DNA of 64,000 nt from Vicugna vicugna (GCA_013265495.1 MU063601.1:5179941-5243940); one strand, 5' to 3'. Shown: positions 49,785-62,870, counted from the stretch's first letter. Made by a program: numbers and translations. The notes: generated by a model not told the origin, from the letters alone.

Positions 49785-51649
49785 GTACGGCACAGCGGGA
49801 CTGCAGTGGGGAAGGTGGATGGGGACCTGGACCTGGATGTGGTCCTTCTGCTCCAGACCAGTAGCTCATCAGAAGGTCATTCGCTGCTCTGCCCTGGTTT
49901 AATAAGGAGGCACATGGTGCCCATTCTCTCCTACACATCTGCTCTGGGGGCCTGCTCGGTGCCTGGTCCTGGGCTCGGCCCTTCCTTCATTCACTCAGCA
50001 AACGTTTATTGTCACCCACCATGTGTCATTGCGGGGCCTGGCCCCAGGGACCAGCATGAATGGTTAGAGTCCAGGCTCTCCCTGTTACCTCAGGGAACAG
50101 TGCACCAGTCAAAGTTGGGCAGGACTTGCCCAAGGAGCCTGAGATAGATGCTTGTCTGATGAGGACACCATGGCCCCCAAGCCCCAGCTTTCTTGTCTGA
50201 AAGTGGGGTGGTGGAGGATGCCTCTGCCTGGACCCAGGATGACATTACCGCACTCAAACAGACTTTTGAGTAAACTGTAAAGTGATGTTGCAGGCTTGGA
50301 GAGACACACAGCATCCCCTGAGAAAGGGCCCCATGCAGCCCAGAGATTCTTCCCAAACATGAAGGAGGAGGGAGACCTCTGGGCTGAAGCCCAAGGTGGA
50401 GTCTACCCCTCATGGCTGGATGAACGCAGTGGGCACAACTGAACCTGATCTTGGGCAGGCCACCCAGGTGTGCAGGTGTGCAGGCGCCAGGCACATGGCA
50501 GGTGCTCAGCAGATGGCTGGATGATGAATATTGGCTCTCTAGGTTCTCTTGGCCAGGGCGCTGGGGTTAAGGAGGCTGAGTGCAGAGCTGGCCCTCAGGC
50601 CAGGCGACGGCAGAGAGCGCTCGTCACCAGGACTGGACGGAGGTGGGAGGGCTGGCTGCTGTCATGCACTGTGGGTGTCCTCGAGGCCCTGGTTAGAACC
50701 CATATGCCAGATGAGTGAATTGAGGCTTAAGAGGTTCAGAGCCACACTTGGGTCACACAGCCCATCAACAACCAGGTTCAAAGTGTCCACAGCATCTGCC
50801 CCCAGGAACTTCCTGCACTTCTGAGAGCAAAGGCAAGGGAGCCCCTACTGGGAGCCACCAGCCCTTGCCATGTGTGCCAGGTACGATGCCACGATGAGGG
50901 GACTTGGTGCAGCCTCCTGGTGTGAAGAGAAGGCACCTCCTTTCTGGCCTGGGAAGCTGGGCCTTGGCCCTGCTGAGCCTCCAAGGAGAGGAGAGGCCCC
51001 AGGTCCGCCCTGAGCCATGGGCCATGGAGTTTGAGACACTCAGCAGCTCTCGAGCCCAGGGGCTGCAGGGAGGGTCCGACCTCAGGAGGCTGCGGCTGGC
51101 GCTCGGGGCTCATGCCCACCCCTGCCCAAAGCTGTCTGTGCTCCAGTGCCCCACAGGCCAGCATTTGTCCAGGCACAGCAGCCTGATACTCCAGGCCTTT
51201 GCCTGCCATGAGTGGAGCTGGGACCCAGCCAGGGAGCTCTGGACTCCAACAGGTGAGGGCAAACAGTGGTGTCCTTTCCTGTCCAGCAGCTCCCGTGAAA
51301 GAAGAGCCCACCACTCTTCCCAGCTGTGTGGACAGAACTTGGGAATCAGCACCTGATGGGGCCTGAGGCAGGCCTGCCCACCCTCTGTCCAGCCCACTAG
51401 GGCCAGACCTGGCCCAGCAGCGGGCAGAGTCCTTGTCTCCCCCGGACTGGGAGGAAAGGAGGTTGGGCCTGTGTTGGGCAGTGGCTGACGCAGTCCGTCC
51501 CCTTCTGCTGTATCCTGAGGCAGGGTGCTCCCTAACCACCCACAGCACTAGACTGCAGGCAGCCTACAGGGTCCTTCACACCAGCCATGCCCCTCGTCCT
51601 CGGGCCTGTCCCCTTTGGAGTGAGAGGAAGGGCTTTTGACCACCAAGAC

Positions 51650-51810
51650 CAAGGAGGCAGCGTGAACTTTGCAGTCAGGTAGACCTAGCTAGGAATTTGA
51701 GCTCTACCACATACTGACTGTGTGATCTTAGGCAACTTGCTTCACCCTTCTGAGCCTCAGTTTTCTCATCTGTAAAGTGGGAAGAAGGAATATCGATCAC
51801 AGAGGGGTAT
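51650..51810 (+). mobile_element. MIR SINE
   Basis: ctgagcctcagttttctcatctgtaaagtggg. Confidence 0.75.
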
Positions 51811-53169
51811 TAGGAGGGCGGGCTTGGGGAGTCACTCTCACTGGCCCTCCCTCCTGGCGGGACAAGCCTCTGCTTTCAGACTCCATCTTGGGGGCCCCCT
51901 CAGGATGCTCCACCACCACTTCTCTGGGTTCCTGTTAATAGCTTTGACCCCCCAGCTTTGGTCACTGGCAAGCAGTGCTGAGGCCCCAACCCGTCTGTAC
52001 CCCAGTCCCCAGCCCCCCAGCTGCGGCCGCCCACAATGGGGGCTTCTCACAGCTCAAAGGGCTCATTCAGCCACCACACAGCAGCTGGGGCAATTTGGAG
52101 AAGAAAATAAACATTTCCTTCCAGTGTTGGGATTGGCTGCTCGACAGCGGCCTGGCCAGCTCTGGTTTCCTGGGGCTACTGGGCTGGAGGGGGTGGGGAT
52201 GGGGGTAGGAGCTGAGAGGGTGCTGAGGGCAGACGCTCCCCTTACCCTGCGAGGAGGCAGGATGGGACGGCAGCAGATCAGGCTGGTCTGCCTGCAGCCC
52301 ATGTGGCCCCCAAGGGCCACACACACAGGCCCACCTGGCCTGGCTTTCTGCTTCTGGGACTGCAGCCCCCCCATGCCAGGCCCCCCTATCGCATCCTGGG
52401 GTCCCTGTTTAGGTTTCCTTTGTTTAGAAAATGGGTTCCTGTCAGCTGAGCAGCACTCACTTTGCTGGGCTCAGAGCAAGGTGTCAGCCTCACACTTTGC
52501 TGTGCTTGGGGTGCCAGGCACTGCCAACAAGGATTCTCCCCTGGGGTTTGGAAAGGAGAGCACGAGCCAGACTCCCCTGAAGCCGTGGGCTTCCAAGCAA
52601 CACTGACCAACCAAGGGGTCTGTTAGGAGGGGTTCCAGATGTGCCAGAAAAAGTCACCCAGACCCTTGTTCCCACATCTCCCCACCTTGAGCCTGGGAGC
52701 ATCGTTCCATTCTGATCCACATACAGGACCAGAGCCTGCTGCTGAGGAAACATCCCCGCCCCCAGTTGAATCAGGAAGACCCCAAAGCCCAGAGAAGTTA
52801 CAAGTGTCATCTGAGGTCATACAGCACCTCAGGCAGATCTGGGAAGCAAGGCCTGAAGGCACCCACAGCTCTAGCCTCAGCCACGCATCAGTGACGGCAG
52901 GCTGTGCCCACCTGGAGCTGGCCAGGGACGGAGGCTGGCCTCCTCCTGAGTCCTCTCCCGCCTTTAGTCTTTGGTGGGTAGAGGGCACGGGGACAGACAG
53001 ACTTCATCTTGGGACTGCTGCTGGGAACTCATCCACCTACCGCTGCTGCTCAGAGTCACCCTCTTGGCCTGGTACAAGGAACGCCGAGTGTCAGGGGTGC
53101 ACCTTCGCAGGGCCCTGAATGGGCCAGGTCTCCTGTGTGCCCAGAACAACAGAAACCCTCATCAGGCCC

Positions 53170-53370
53170 CTACTCTGCCCAGTGGAAGCACCTTACGTGT
53201 ATTAACTAATTTAATCCTAGGGACTGTTATCACCTCCATTTTTCATGTGGGACAACTGATGTACAGAGAGGTTAAGTGACTTACCCAAGGACACACATCT
53301 AGTAAGTGTCAGGACCGAGATAAGTTTCTAACCTCAGAGACCACACAGTTAACTTCCATTCTGTGCTGCT
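53170..53370 (-). mobile_element. MIR SINE
   Basis: atttaatcct...cagagaggttaagtgacttacccaaggacacac. Confidence 0.75.
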
Positions 53371-54106
53371 TCGAAGATGAGACAGCTACCTCTCAGGCAC
53401 ATGTCAGAGCTCAGGGCTGAGAACCCCAGGATTCTATGCCACGTCCAATGTGCTGTGTGACCCTTAGGCAAGTGCCTCACCCTCGCTGAGTCTCAGTTTT
53501 CCTATTAAGGAGTTTAGACTCAATCTTGAAGCCCCTTTGAATGTTGAGGTTTCGGGGGTCTGTGACTATAAAAGTACGGGGCGGAGACTGGGGTACCTTT
53601 GTCTTGGAGCCCTTGGGGAGCCAAACTCCTGTGAGAGCCAGGGCGGAGCCTGGGCTGGACACTGGGTCTCTCTGTGACAAGGGCAAGGTTCAGGCCACCA
53701 AGCCCCTCTGGCTGCCATCTCACTTTGCTGCAGGGGCAGGTGAGTGTGGTATCTGATCCTTGTCTGGCCACTAGTCAGCTTCAGCCTGCAGGGCAGCCCT
53801 GGAGACACAGGTCCAGGGTGAAGTATGGGGTGGGAGTGGCAGACAGAGCTGCTGTGGACCCAGAGCCCCCACTACCAGCAGAAGCTCATGTAACCTAACT
53901 GAGCCCCACCTGGGCTGGAGAGGTGCAGGCCCAGCAGAGAGCAGAAAGCAGAGGCCTCATGACGAGTTCCAGTGCTTTCTGTGCAACCTCAGGAGAATGG
54001 ATCTTTCTCTGCCTCTGTTTCCTTATCTGCAAAAGCAGGGCCTAACTCCCAATCTCATAGGAACGTTGGAGACCCTCCTCATACCCATGGTCTTGCTAGC
54101 TCTAAC

Positions 54107-54127
54107 GGGGAGGGAGGGAGGGAGGGA
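54107..54127 (+). repeat. (GGGA)5 repeat
   Basis: Directly visible. Confidence 0.9.
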
Positions 54128-54524
54128 GGCGGGAGCTGACAGGCCAGGCTGCAGGGCGGCGTGTCCTGGCCTGTCCTCAGCTCCCCACACACCAACAGCC
54201 CAGCTGGGGGCCCAGCTTCACCCCCTCAACAGGCCTCTGCTCTGGTAGGATGTGAAGAGGATTCCAGGAGGAGAAAGAACAGCCCTTCTCCTTCTCTGCC
54301 TGCCCCAGCGACCCCCTTGGCCACCTGCGGCCCAGTCGCCTGCTCTCACCTGTTTCCCAGGTGGGGCAGTGTTCTGAGTCAGGCAGGCTCCAGCCCCCAG
54401 GTGACTCGGGGCTATCGGACAGAACCAGAACTAGAACCAAGGATGCCCCCCAACAGGCCTGTGAACCAGAACCTGAGGTCATTTTTAAAGAAGGATCCCC
54501 AGGGTGATGTTGGGCTGCGATTGA

Positions 54525-55091
<567 letters not shown>

Positions 55092-57430
55092 CTGCCCAGG
55101 TCAAAGTGGACTGCTTCTGCCGGCAGCCGGGACCCCAAGAACCTTCCGGACAAGTGGCTGGCCCAGCTCCTAGGCTCAGGGCAGTCATAGGCCCAGAGTC
55201 CACAGTCCTTGGCGCCCCAAGCTGGTGGCTGGCTCTGAGAGCATCTAGTCCAGCCATGTCTTTGTACAGAGGGCTAGGGACCTCCCCCAGGACACCACTC
55301 CCAGCCCAGATCCTACTCATCTCATCCCACGTTCCTGTGGGCGCAGTATCTTTCTCCTGCCAGCTCCCCCGGAATGCCTTGGCTATCCCCAGCTACGCTC
55401 GCTGCTGTCACGGGGCCCAAGCCTCCTGGGACAGAGACCATCTCTGTTTCAGAAAGAGGTGGCATTTGCCCATACGGTTTGGCCTCTTACCCGCGGGGTG
55501 CTGGAAAGACCTCCCCACTTCACCTTCCTGAGGGACCCCACGCCCCATGGGCCCAGCCCTCCCTCCACGTTTACGCAAGTTGAGTTAAAACTGGAAAGTC
55601 CCCCAGCCCTGAGAGGGGGTCCCTCATTGTATGGGTGGGGAAGGAACCCATCTGGAGGACCCAGGAAATTGCTGGCAGAGGTGGAATGAGAACACGCCAA
55701 AGCCCACGCTTCACTCTGCTCCCCCACAACTCCCAGCAGCTAAGAGGCCCTGACCCCATCCCAGCTGGCTGTGGATCCCAGTCCCCAGAGCAGACTAGCC
55801 TGTGGCAGCAGGTCCCTAAAACCAGGGAAAACATCTGCAGGCGGGTCCTCCATGCACTTTACCAGCCCAAGGCATTCATCCTCTGTTCTCCGTAGGGGCA
55901 GGGAAGGGTCCCTTCCCTCTAGGCTGGTCTCACAATTGCCATTTTTGGAGAGAGCACAGGGACCAGATAGGTCCCAGCAGAAAGCTTTGGGGTGAGGGGT
56001 CACGGAGTCAGATGTCAGCATCCCTGTCCCACCTAGGTCCAGCCAAGCTGGGCACACCCACAACCCCCAGCCTCCCAGCCTCTAACCTACAGCTCTCTGT
56101 CTGTAACGAGACTGCTCCCAAAGCAGTTTTGAGCAAAAAACAGTTTTTAAAGATGATTTTAGGGAAAGAAAAAAAAAAAGCTTGTCAACCATTTTCAGAC
56201 ACAAAGCCTCTTACAGGGACCTTACCCCGTGGTAGTAAGCTATACCCTCCCCGCTCTGAGAGTGTGGAATTGTTAGGATCCTAGTACCTCCTCAGGAGGC
56301 CACATTCCTTCAACAGCATCCCACCAACTTCCACCAAAGGCCAGCCCTGGTGCAGAAAGAGGGAAACCCTGGTGAGATGCTGAAGTCACGTCCGTCGCTC
56401 TCGGACACTTGTCCGAGAGGGTGTGTGGGTGTTCCGGTGGAGGTGAGAGGCGGAGTGTGGCGGCTGCGTCGTGGCAGAACACAAGAGCTGTAAGGGGCTC
56501 GCCAGGTCTCCCCTGCAAAATGCTCCTCAGTGGTTGTCTCTGTGATGGCACTTGGCCTGCCGTATCACCCCAGGCCGTGGCAACAGCCAGATAAGCACAC
56601 AGGAGATGCACTGACAGGAAGCCCTTCAGGTGGTCTTATTCAAGCCCCTCCTGCTCCTGTTTCTCTTGTCCTACCCTCACTGGAAAAGGCAGTCTCCATC
56701 TCTTCAGAGTAGCCGCTGGGGGTGTCTTCTGACTCCCTTCAGCCAGGGGCGCTCTCCACCCCTTCTCAGGAAGCAGCTGCAAGACCATTGCCCTCGTGTC
56801 TTCACCCCTGTTCCCTGTGGTTGTAGACTGGCCCCAGGCCCGCATGGGAGGCACCCTTGGGTTCCCAGTGCGCAACACTTTTAGCCCCTCCCCAGATTAC
56901 TACCCCTTCCTGATGTCCGAGCCCTGATGGGGGCAGGCACAGGAAATAAATTGACCCCCCCCCACCTCCCACTCCCTGACTGAAAGTGATGGCAGCCATG
57001 CTGAGTCTTGTTTTTCAAGGCCCGTAGTGGGTTCCAATGGCTCAGGCTGGTAAAAATGGGTCCTTATTTACAAGGCTGCTTTAAAGTTGTACTAGGCAAA
57101 CACACTGATTTAGAAAGCACAAAGAAGTGAAGAAGTTTGGGTACCATGTTACTATAAGCTTGTTGGTGGTGAGTTCAGATGTTTTGTGACATATTGTCAT
57201 GCTGAAGTGTCCATACCTGCTACGCTCATATCTTCCGTAAAACTGTCCCAGAGCTGGAAAGAGGGTGGAGAGGGGTGAAAACTGCTTTGCACTATAATTT
57301 GCTTAATGTGTTTGTTTTTAATGCACAACTTACTTGTACAGTAAACTGTCTGTCTTCTGTACTATTTAACTGTAAAATGGAATTTTGAGTGATTTGTTAC
57401 AATAATATAAGTCTGAGATGTGCTGAAGGA
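55092..57430 (+). other. RUNX3: RUNX3 3' UTR
   Basis: Follows the TGA, is essentially free of interspersed repeats, and ends in an AU-rich block (about 57020-57430). The 3' end is inferred. Confidence 0.75.
57401..57410 (+). terminator. Candidate non-canonical poly(A) signal (AATAATATAA, contains AATATA)
   Basis: Lies at the end of the AU-rich block, preceded by three TGTA (CFIm-type) motifs at 57335, 57358 and 57371. Canonical AATAAA hexamers also occur at 56945, 57738 and 57802, so usage is not established. Confidence 0.5.
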
Positions 57431-60249
57431 GCCAATGCCAGACTTCTAGGGCTGTGTGCATGGCGGGTGGGAGAGGATGGAGCCCCGTCACCGTGGCCAA
57501 GGAGGAGTGAGGCGGGGCCTGGGGGCAGGAACAGGGCTAACCTCACTGCCTTGGAGATCCCCAGTGCCCTGGCCTCCTTGCACCCAGCTCCATCAGGAAT
57601 GGCCGTCAAGGCCACCCTAGGCAAGTACAGCTGGTGAGGCCTCCTCCTAGTGTGGCTAAAACCCTAAGGGTCGTCAGACAGGTCCTCAAGACTCCACCAT
57701 CCCTCTTCCCCTCATAAGGGACCCGTGACTTTTCACAAATAAACAGATCAAGCAGAGCTTGTCCCCCAGGCTCTGAGTTGGGGAGGGGGCAGAGGCAGGT
57801 GAATAAAGCAGTCTTGGTGAGAACCCCCTCTGCGAACTGCTTGCAGGGATACTGATAAGTTAGCAGTGATCAAAACTGCTAAGCAAGCAGCTATGGCAGC
57901 TCCCCCGCTTTGCAGATGAGGCAACTAAGGTGCAAAGAAGGGGTGTCATCTGGCTCCACATCTCCCCAGAGTTGTTTGTGGCTGACGATGGGGTGGTGAG
58001 TGTGATGGTGTGAGGACCTAGCTTGGCAGCCTCCCTCCCTACCCTGCCAGCAAGGAGGCCTGGCCCACCATGCCTGTCCAGGTGGGGCTTGTGGAGGGGA
58101 GTTTTCATAAAACAGACCTTATTTTTGAATGAAAATACTTCAAAAGCTAATCCCAAGACTTTGCCCGGTTCAGTTTGGTTGGTCTGCCTGAAACCCAACA
58201 CCCAACAGGAAGTCCCCCTTTCCCCAGCCTAAACCCTGATCTCCACCCTCCACCATCCAGCACCCCTTCTGCCCCAGGCCCAGCAGAGTCTTCTTCGAGC
58301 AAGATCCCAGCCAGAGCTGCCAAATTGCAATATGGGTGAGCTCTGGGTGGTGACTCCCTGGGATCAGCAGTGCTGCTCCTGAAGCAGCATCTACAAGCCA
58401 ACACTCTGCTTCCTTGCATGTGTTCATTTGGGGTCACTTTGTAGGAAATGATGGAAGTTATAAGGGGTACACACTTTGGTGTCATAGCTGATGGGAGAGG
58501 AGCTGTGGCCTCCAGAGCCCCTGCCTCAAAGCTCCATCACCTTCACTCCAGCACTCAGTTTCCCAAAGGGAAACGGAGGCCCAGAGAAATCCAGGACTTG
58601 CCTGACTTTGAGGGGTGTCCTGGGAAGTGCTGCAGTAACCCTATCAGCCTGCAGGTGGCAGCAGGGGGGGGGAGAGCAGACATTTCCCTCCAGAGAAGGG
58701 GGAGGAGGCACTGCCTCTGTTGTGGCCAGAATTCACGTTAGACATTAGACAGAACTTCCTAACCTCAGGAGGTTCATCCTGGAAGGGCCTGGAAGATTTC
58801 TTGATGTGGAAGAAGAGTTTTATTTCCTTCTTTAGCTCTGTGGCTGTTGGAGGTCCCTGCCCCTCACTGAGCCTCCTTTTTTATTCAGATATTACACAAA
58901 CACCTACTGTGTGCCAGGTATGTGGTAGACTCGCAGGTCCCAGGATCCCTAAAGCCCCTGCTTTGGGACAGGGGTTTACTCAGCTGGAAGGAAAGGTTGA
59001 TACCCCAGCCCAGCAACCCCAACCTGCTGGAGCCCTGGCCCAGGTCCCCCACCTTCTGCCCCTGCTGTCCAGTGTCTGGGGACCCTTGGACTCCAGAATC
59101 TCATTCTGAGGCTCAAGGAGCTGGTCGAACTTGGTAAGTGCTTATAGTTTCACCAGCCCCGCCCTGGCCCCACGGCCTGCAGCCTGCATCTGGCCTGGCA
59201 GAGGCTGGGAGAGGTGGTACAGGCCTTGGGACTTCCAGGGGTGGTCTCCTGGGCACTGGGCTGTGCTTGGCACCTCCTGAGGGGTGATGTGGCCCCAGAC
59301 AGACATGAGACTGCTGGGCTCCTGGCCACGGGGATGGCTTTGGCTTTTATTCTGAGAGATGGACGTCCTGGCAGGGTTTTATAGGCCCCAGATAATGATG
59401 TAAGGGGAAAACTGAGGAGCTGACCCTGAGTGGAGCTGACGCCCAGACCTGCCTCACTCACTCCTCCCCTGCCCCAGACTGCACCCCATAAACACAGCCT
59501 GCCGGGCCCCCCAGCCTGGCCCAGGGGGCAGTGCTCGGCAGCACCAGACACCCAGCTTGGCCGGGTGAGCAGGGAATTCACCTCAGTGGGTTGGTTCATT
59601 TTGGGGTCGTAAATGAAATGAGCTGTCAAACGGGTGGGGGCGGGGGGAGCCCGAGTGAAAGAATGAACTGTTCCTTGCGGAAACGCAGGGTGCCCCCCAC
59701 TCCTCCCCATGAGGGCCGGGGAGCTGGGAAGGGGTGAGGGGCTGCATCCCCGCAACATCCGCATCCACACCTGTGTGGTCCAGCAGCTAGAGGAGCCTGG
59801 GGAGCCGGATTCCAGGCTTCCTATTTTTAGTTTTGCAGCTAAACGCTTGCTGTTTGTTTTATATATTTATATTCACCCACAGAGGGAGCCTGCCCTGAGC
59901 CCAGCCCAGAGGAAGACCTCAAGCGAAGGGGAGTGGAGCAGCCCCAAGAGCCAGCTTTCTGGAGCCACCCTTCCTTTGTGCCCACACCGGCTGCTGTAAA
60001 CAGTTGTGGCCTTGCTGGTGTCCTAATGGATGGCAGCTGTTTGGGCCACACACCCAACTCCGCTCCTTGGGCCTGAAGTCTGCAAGGCCTTGGCCAGAGT
60101 TCATTCACTCACTGACCAGAGACCCAAGCCCCACACCACCCCCACGTGCCAGACAGCAAGAAAAAGGCCCTGAGACGCAGACGTGCCCCAGGGGAGCTCG
60201 CAGGGCGGACAGACAGGAAGACAAGTGGGATAACCCATGGGATACGTGG

Positions 60250-60640
60250 TGTGGTTGAGACAAGATGGGAAGATGAGTGGAAATTTACCAGCGGAGAAGC
60301 AGCAGGAGGGCCTCTGGGTAGAAGGAACTGCATGTGCAGAGGCCTGGAGGACAGGGTTGTGTATGAACTGGAGAGGACAGTGGGGAAGGTAGAGGCATGG
60401 TGAGGCAATACAGGAGACCAGGGGGTCTGGGGGCTGAAGGTCAAGCTGAGGGCTTGGATTTGGTCCCACAGGCACTGGGGAGCTGGGGGCAAATTCAGAT
60501 GCGTGTGTGTCAGGGGATCACCATGGTGACATGGAACGCAGACTTCATAGGGGTGTATAGACCAGCTCACAGGCTACTGTAATAGTCCGGGCAAAGGAGG
60601 GTGAAGCCTGTACAAAATGGTCAGAGGAGGAACTAAGTGT
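60250..60640 (-). mobile_element. L2 fragment
   Basis: gcatgtgcagaggcctggagg...ggctactgtaatagtccgggcaaagg. Confidence 0.65.
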
Positions 60641-61200
60641 TCCCTAAGGCGTCTTAAGCACAGAAGTCACAGGAAAGACCCTGTGACCCAAACTTCAGGT
60701 TCAAGTGTCTCTGAGTTTCTCAGGTTTGTGGCATTTGATGGAGTCTCCGTGGACAAAGTTTTGATAATAGTTTTCGTTATTGCCAGCTGTACAATGATAA
60801 CAACCCTGCCCTCACCCCGATCCTTCTCCCCCCAGGTTTTAGTGAGGCCTTATGTCCTGGCTCATGACAACCCCCTCATCACCCCCAAGGCCACAAGCAT
60901 CCTCTCAGACTGAAGGGTCCAGGGCTCAGAGTCTGGTCTTGCCACCCTACTCTCCTGTGGCCCAAAGATGTAACGTTACAAGACCTTGGGTCTGAGGTTC
61001 CCAAGTTACATGTATTAAATTTTAAAATCACATTTTTCAAATTGAAGTATAGTTGATTTACAATGTCACATTAGTTTCAGATGTACAGCATAGTAATTCA
61101 GTATTTTTGCAGATTATATTCCATTAAAAGTTATTGTAAGAGAATGGCTATAATTCCCTGTGCTGTATAACATATCCTTGTTCTTTATTTTTTTAGAGGG

Positions 61201-61957
61201 TTTTTTTTAGTTGAAGTATAGTCAGTTTACAGTATTGTGTCAATTTCTGGTTTACTGCATAATGTTTCAGTCATACATATACATACAAATACTCCTTTTC
61301 ATATTCTTTTTCATTTTCATTATAGGTTACTGCAAGATATTGAATATAGTTCCCTGTGCTATACAGTATGAACTTGTTGTTCATCTGTTTTATATATAGT
61401 AGTGTGTATCTGCAAATCTCGAACTCCCAATTTATCCCTTCCCACCCCCTTTCCCCCCTGGTAACCATGTTTGTTTTCTATGTCTGTGAGTCTATTTCTG
61501 TTTTGTAAATAAATTCATTTGTGTCTCTTTTTTTTTAGATTTCACATATAAAGTGATATCATATGGTATTTTTCTTTCTCTTCCTGGCTTNNNNNNNNNN
61601 NNNNNNNNNNNNNNNNNNNNNNNNNNNNNNNNNNNNNNNNNNNNNNNNNNNNNNNNNNNNNNNNNNNNNNNNNNNNNNNNNNNNNNNNNNNNNNNNNNNN
61701 NNNNNNNNNNNNNNNNNNNNNNNNNNNNNNNNNNNNNNNNNNNNNNNNNNNNNNNNNNNNNNNNNNNNNNNNNNNNNNNNNNNNNNNNNNNNNNNNNNNN
61801 NNNNNNNNNNNNNNNNNNNTTTTTGAATTAAGGTTCCCTCTGGATATATGCTCAGGAGTGGGATTGCTGGATCATATGGTAAATCTATTTTTAGTTTTTT
61901 GAGAAACCTCCATGTCTTCTATAGTGGCTGCATCAAACTACATTCCCACCAAAAGTG
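61201..61957 (-). mobile_element. Younger L1 3' fragment nested in the previous L1
   Basis: Second poly(T) followed by ttgaagtatagtcagtttac... through ...cattcccaccaaaagtg. The host L1 resumes at about 61958. Confidence 0.8.
61591..61819. other. N-run, 229 nt (inside L1)
   Basis: Directly visible. Confidence 0.99.
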
Positions 61958-62730
61958 TAGAGTAGTTTGTATCTGTTTGTATAGTCATTTGTGTGGGTTA
62001 ATCCCATACTCCTAATCTGTCCCTTCCCCTTTACTCTCCTCTTTGGTAACCCCTAGTTTGTTAGAGAATATTATGCTTAGTGAAATAAGTCAGTGAAAGA
62101 TAACTACTGTATGATATCACTTGTATGTAGAATCTAAAAAAATGATATAAATGAATGTATATGCAAAACAGAAACAGACTCACAAATATAAAATCACATT
62201 TTAAAATTACAGTAAGGAATATATAGTCATGGGGGAAAAAGGAGATAATACAGATTAGCAAAAAGAGCACAAGAAAAATTACCTATAATCTTGCCTCTCC
62301 AAAGATAACCTTTGTTAATATTTGCAGGTCTTTATGTAGATTTTTACTTTCTATAAATATATAAATCCTTTTCTAAGAATAATTTTTTTCTAGCCAGGTA
62401 CACACTTTATATACAACATATCATTTAAGGTAATTAAAAAATAGAAATAAAAGGAATCCAGGATGAGATCACTGGAAGGATGTGGTTATAGCTATTGTCT
62501 GTTTTCTTCTTTATATTTTTTGGTGTTTTTCAAGTTTTCTAAAGTGAACATATTTGTTAGTGAGACAGTATATTGAACTTCTAGACCTTGATAAATAGCC
62601 AAGCAAAGGAGTTCAAAAATCATGCTTAGATCAACTCATTTGACATTAGCTGAGGTGTCACCTCTTCCAGGTAGCCTCCTCCGATAACCCTATGCTAGGT
62701 TTGGTGCCTTCTCTGTGTGTTTATCTTTGG

Positions 62731-62748
62731 AATAATAATAATAATAAT
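62731..62748 (+). repeat. (AAT)6, probably the tail of the adjacent minus-strand MIR
   Basis: Directly visible. Confidence 0.8.
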
Positions 62749-62870
62749 AGCTAATACTGCATGCCAAGCACTATTATAAATGTTTTGCCATTTTAACTCA
62801 GCTCCTGGAGGTACGTATCATCATTATCCCCCTTTTACAGATGAGAAAACTGAGAAACAAGGAAGGAATT
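62740..62870 (-). mobile_element. MIR SINE
   Basis: tcattatccccttttacagatgagaaaactgag. Confidence 0.7.

Larger units (their letters stand above)
61037..62188 (-). mobile_element. L1 3' fragment with 5' inversion (minus 61037-61200 and 61958-62062; plus 62063-62188)
   Basis: Perfect 14-bp TSD taaaatcacatttt at 61023-61036 and 62189-62202; orientation switch at 62062/62063. Confidence 0.8.

Noticed and set aside
50778-53118. Intronic ORFs of 150-260 aa; search for a vestigial RUNX1/2-type PPWSYDQ exon
   Set aside because: No translation resembles that exon or any known domain; ORF lengths are expected at this GC content.
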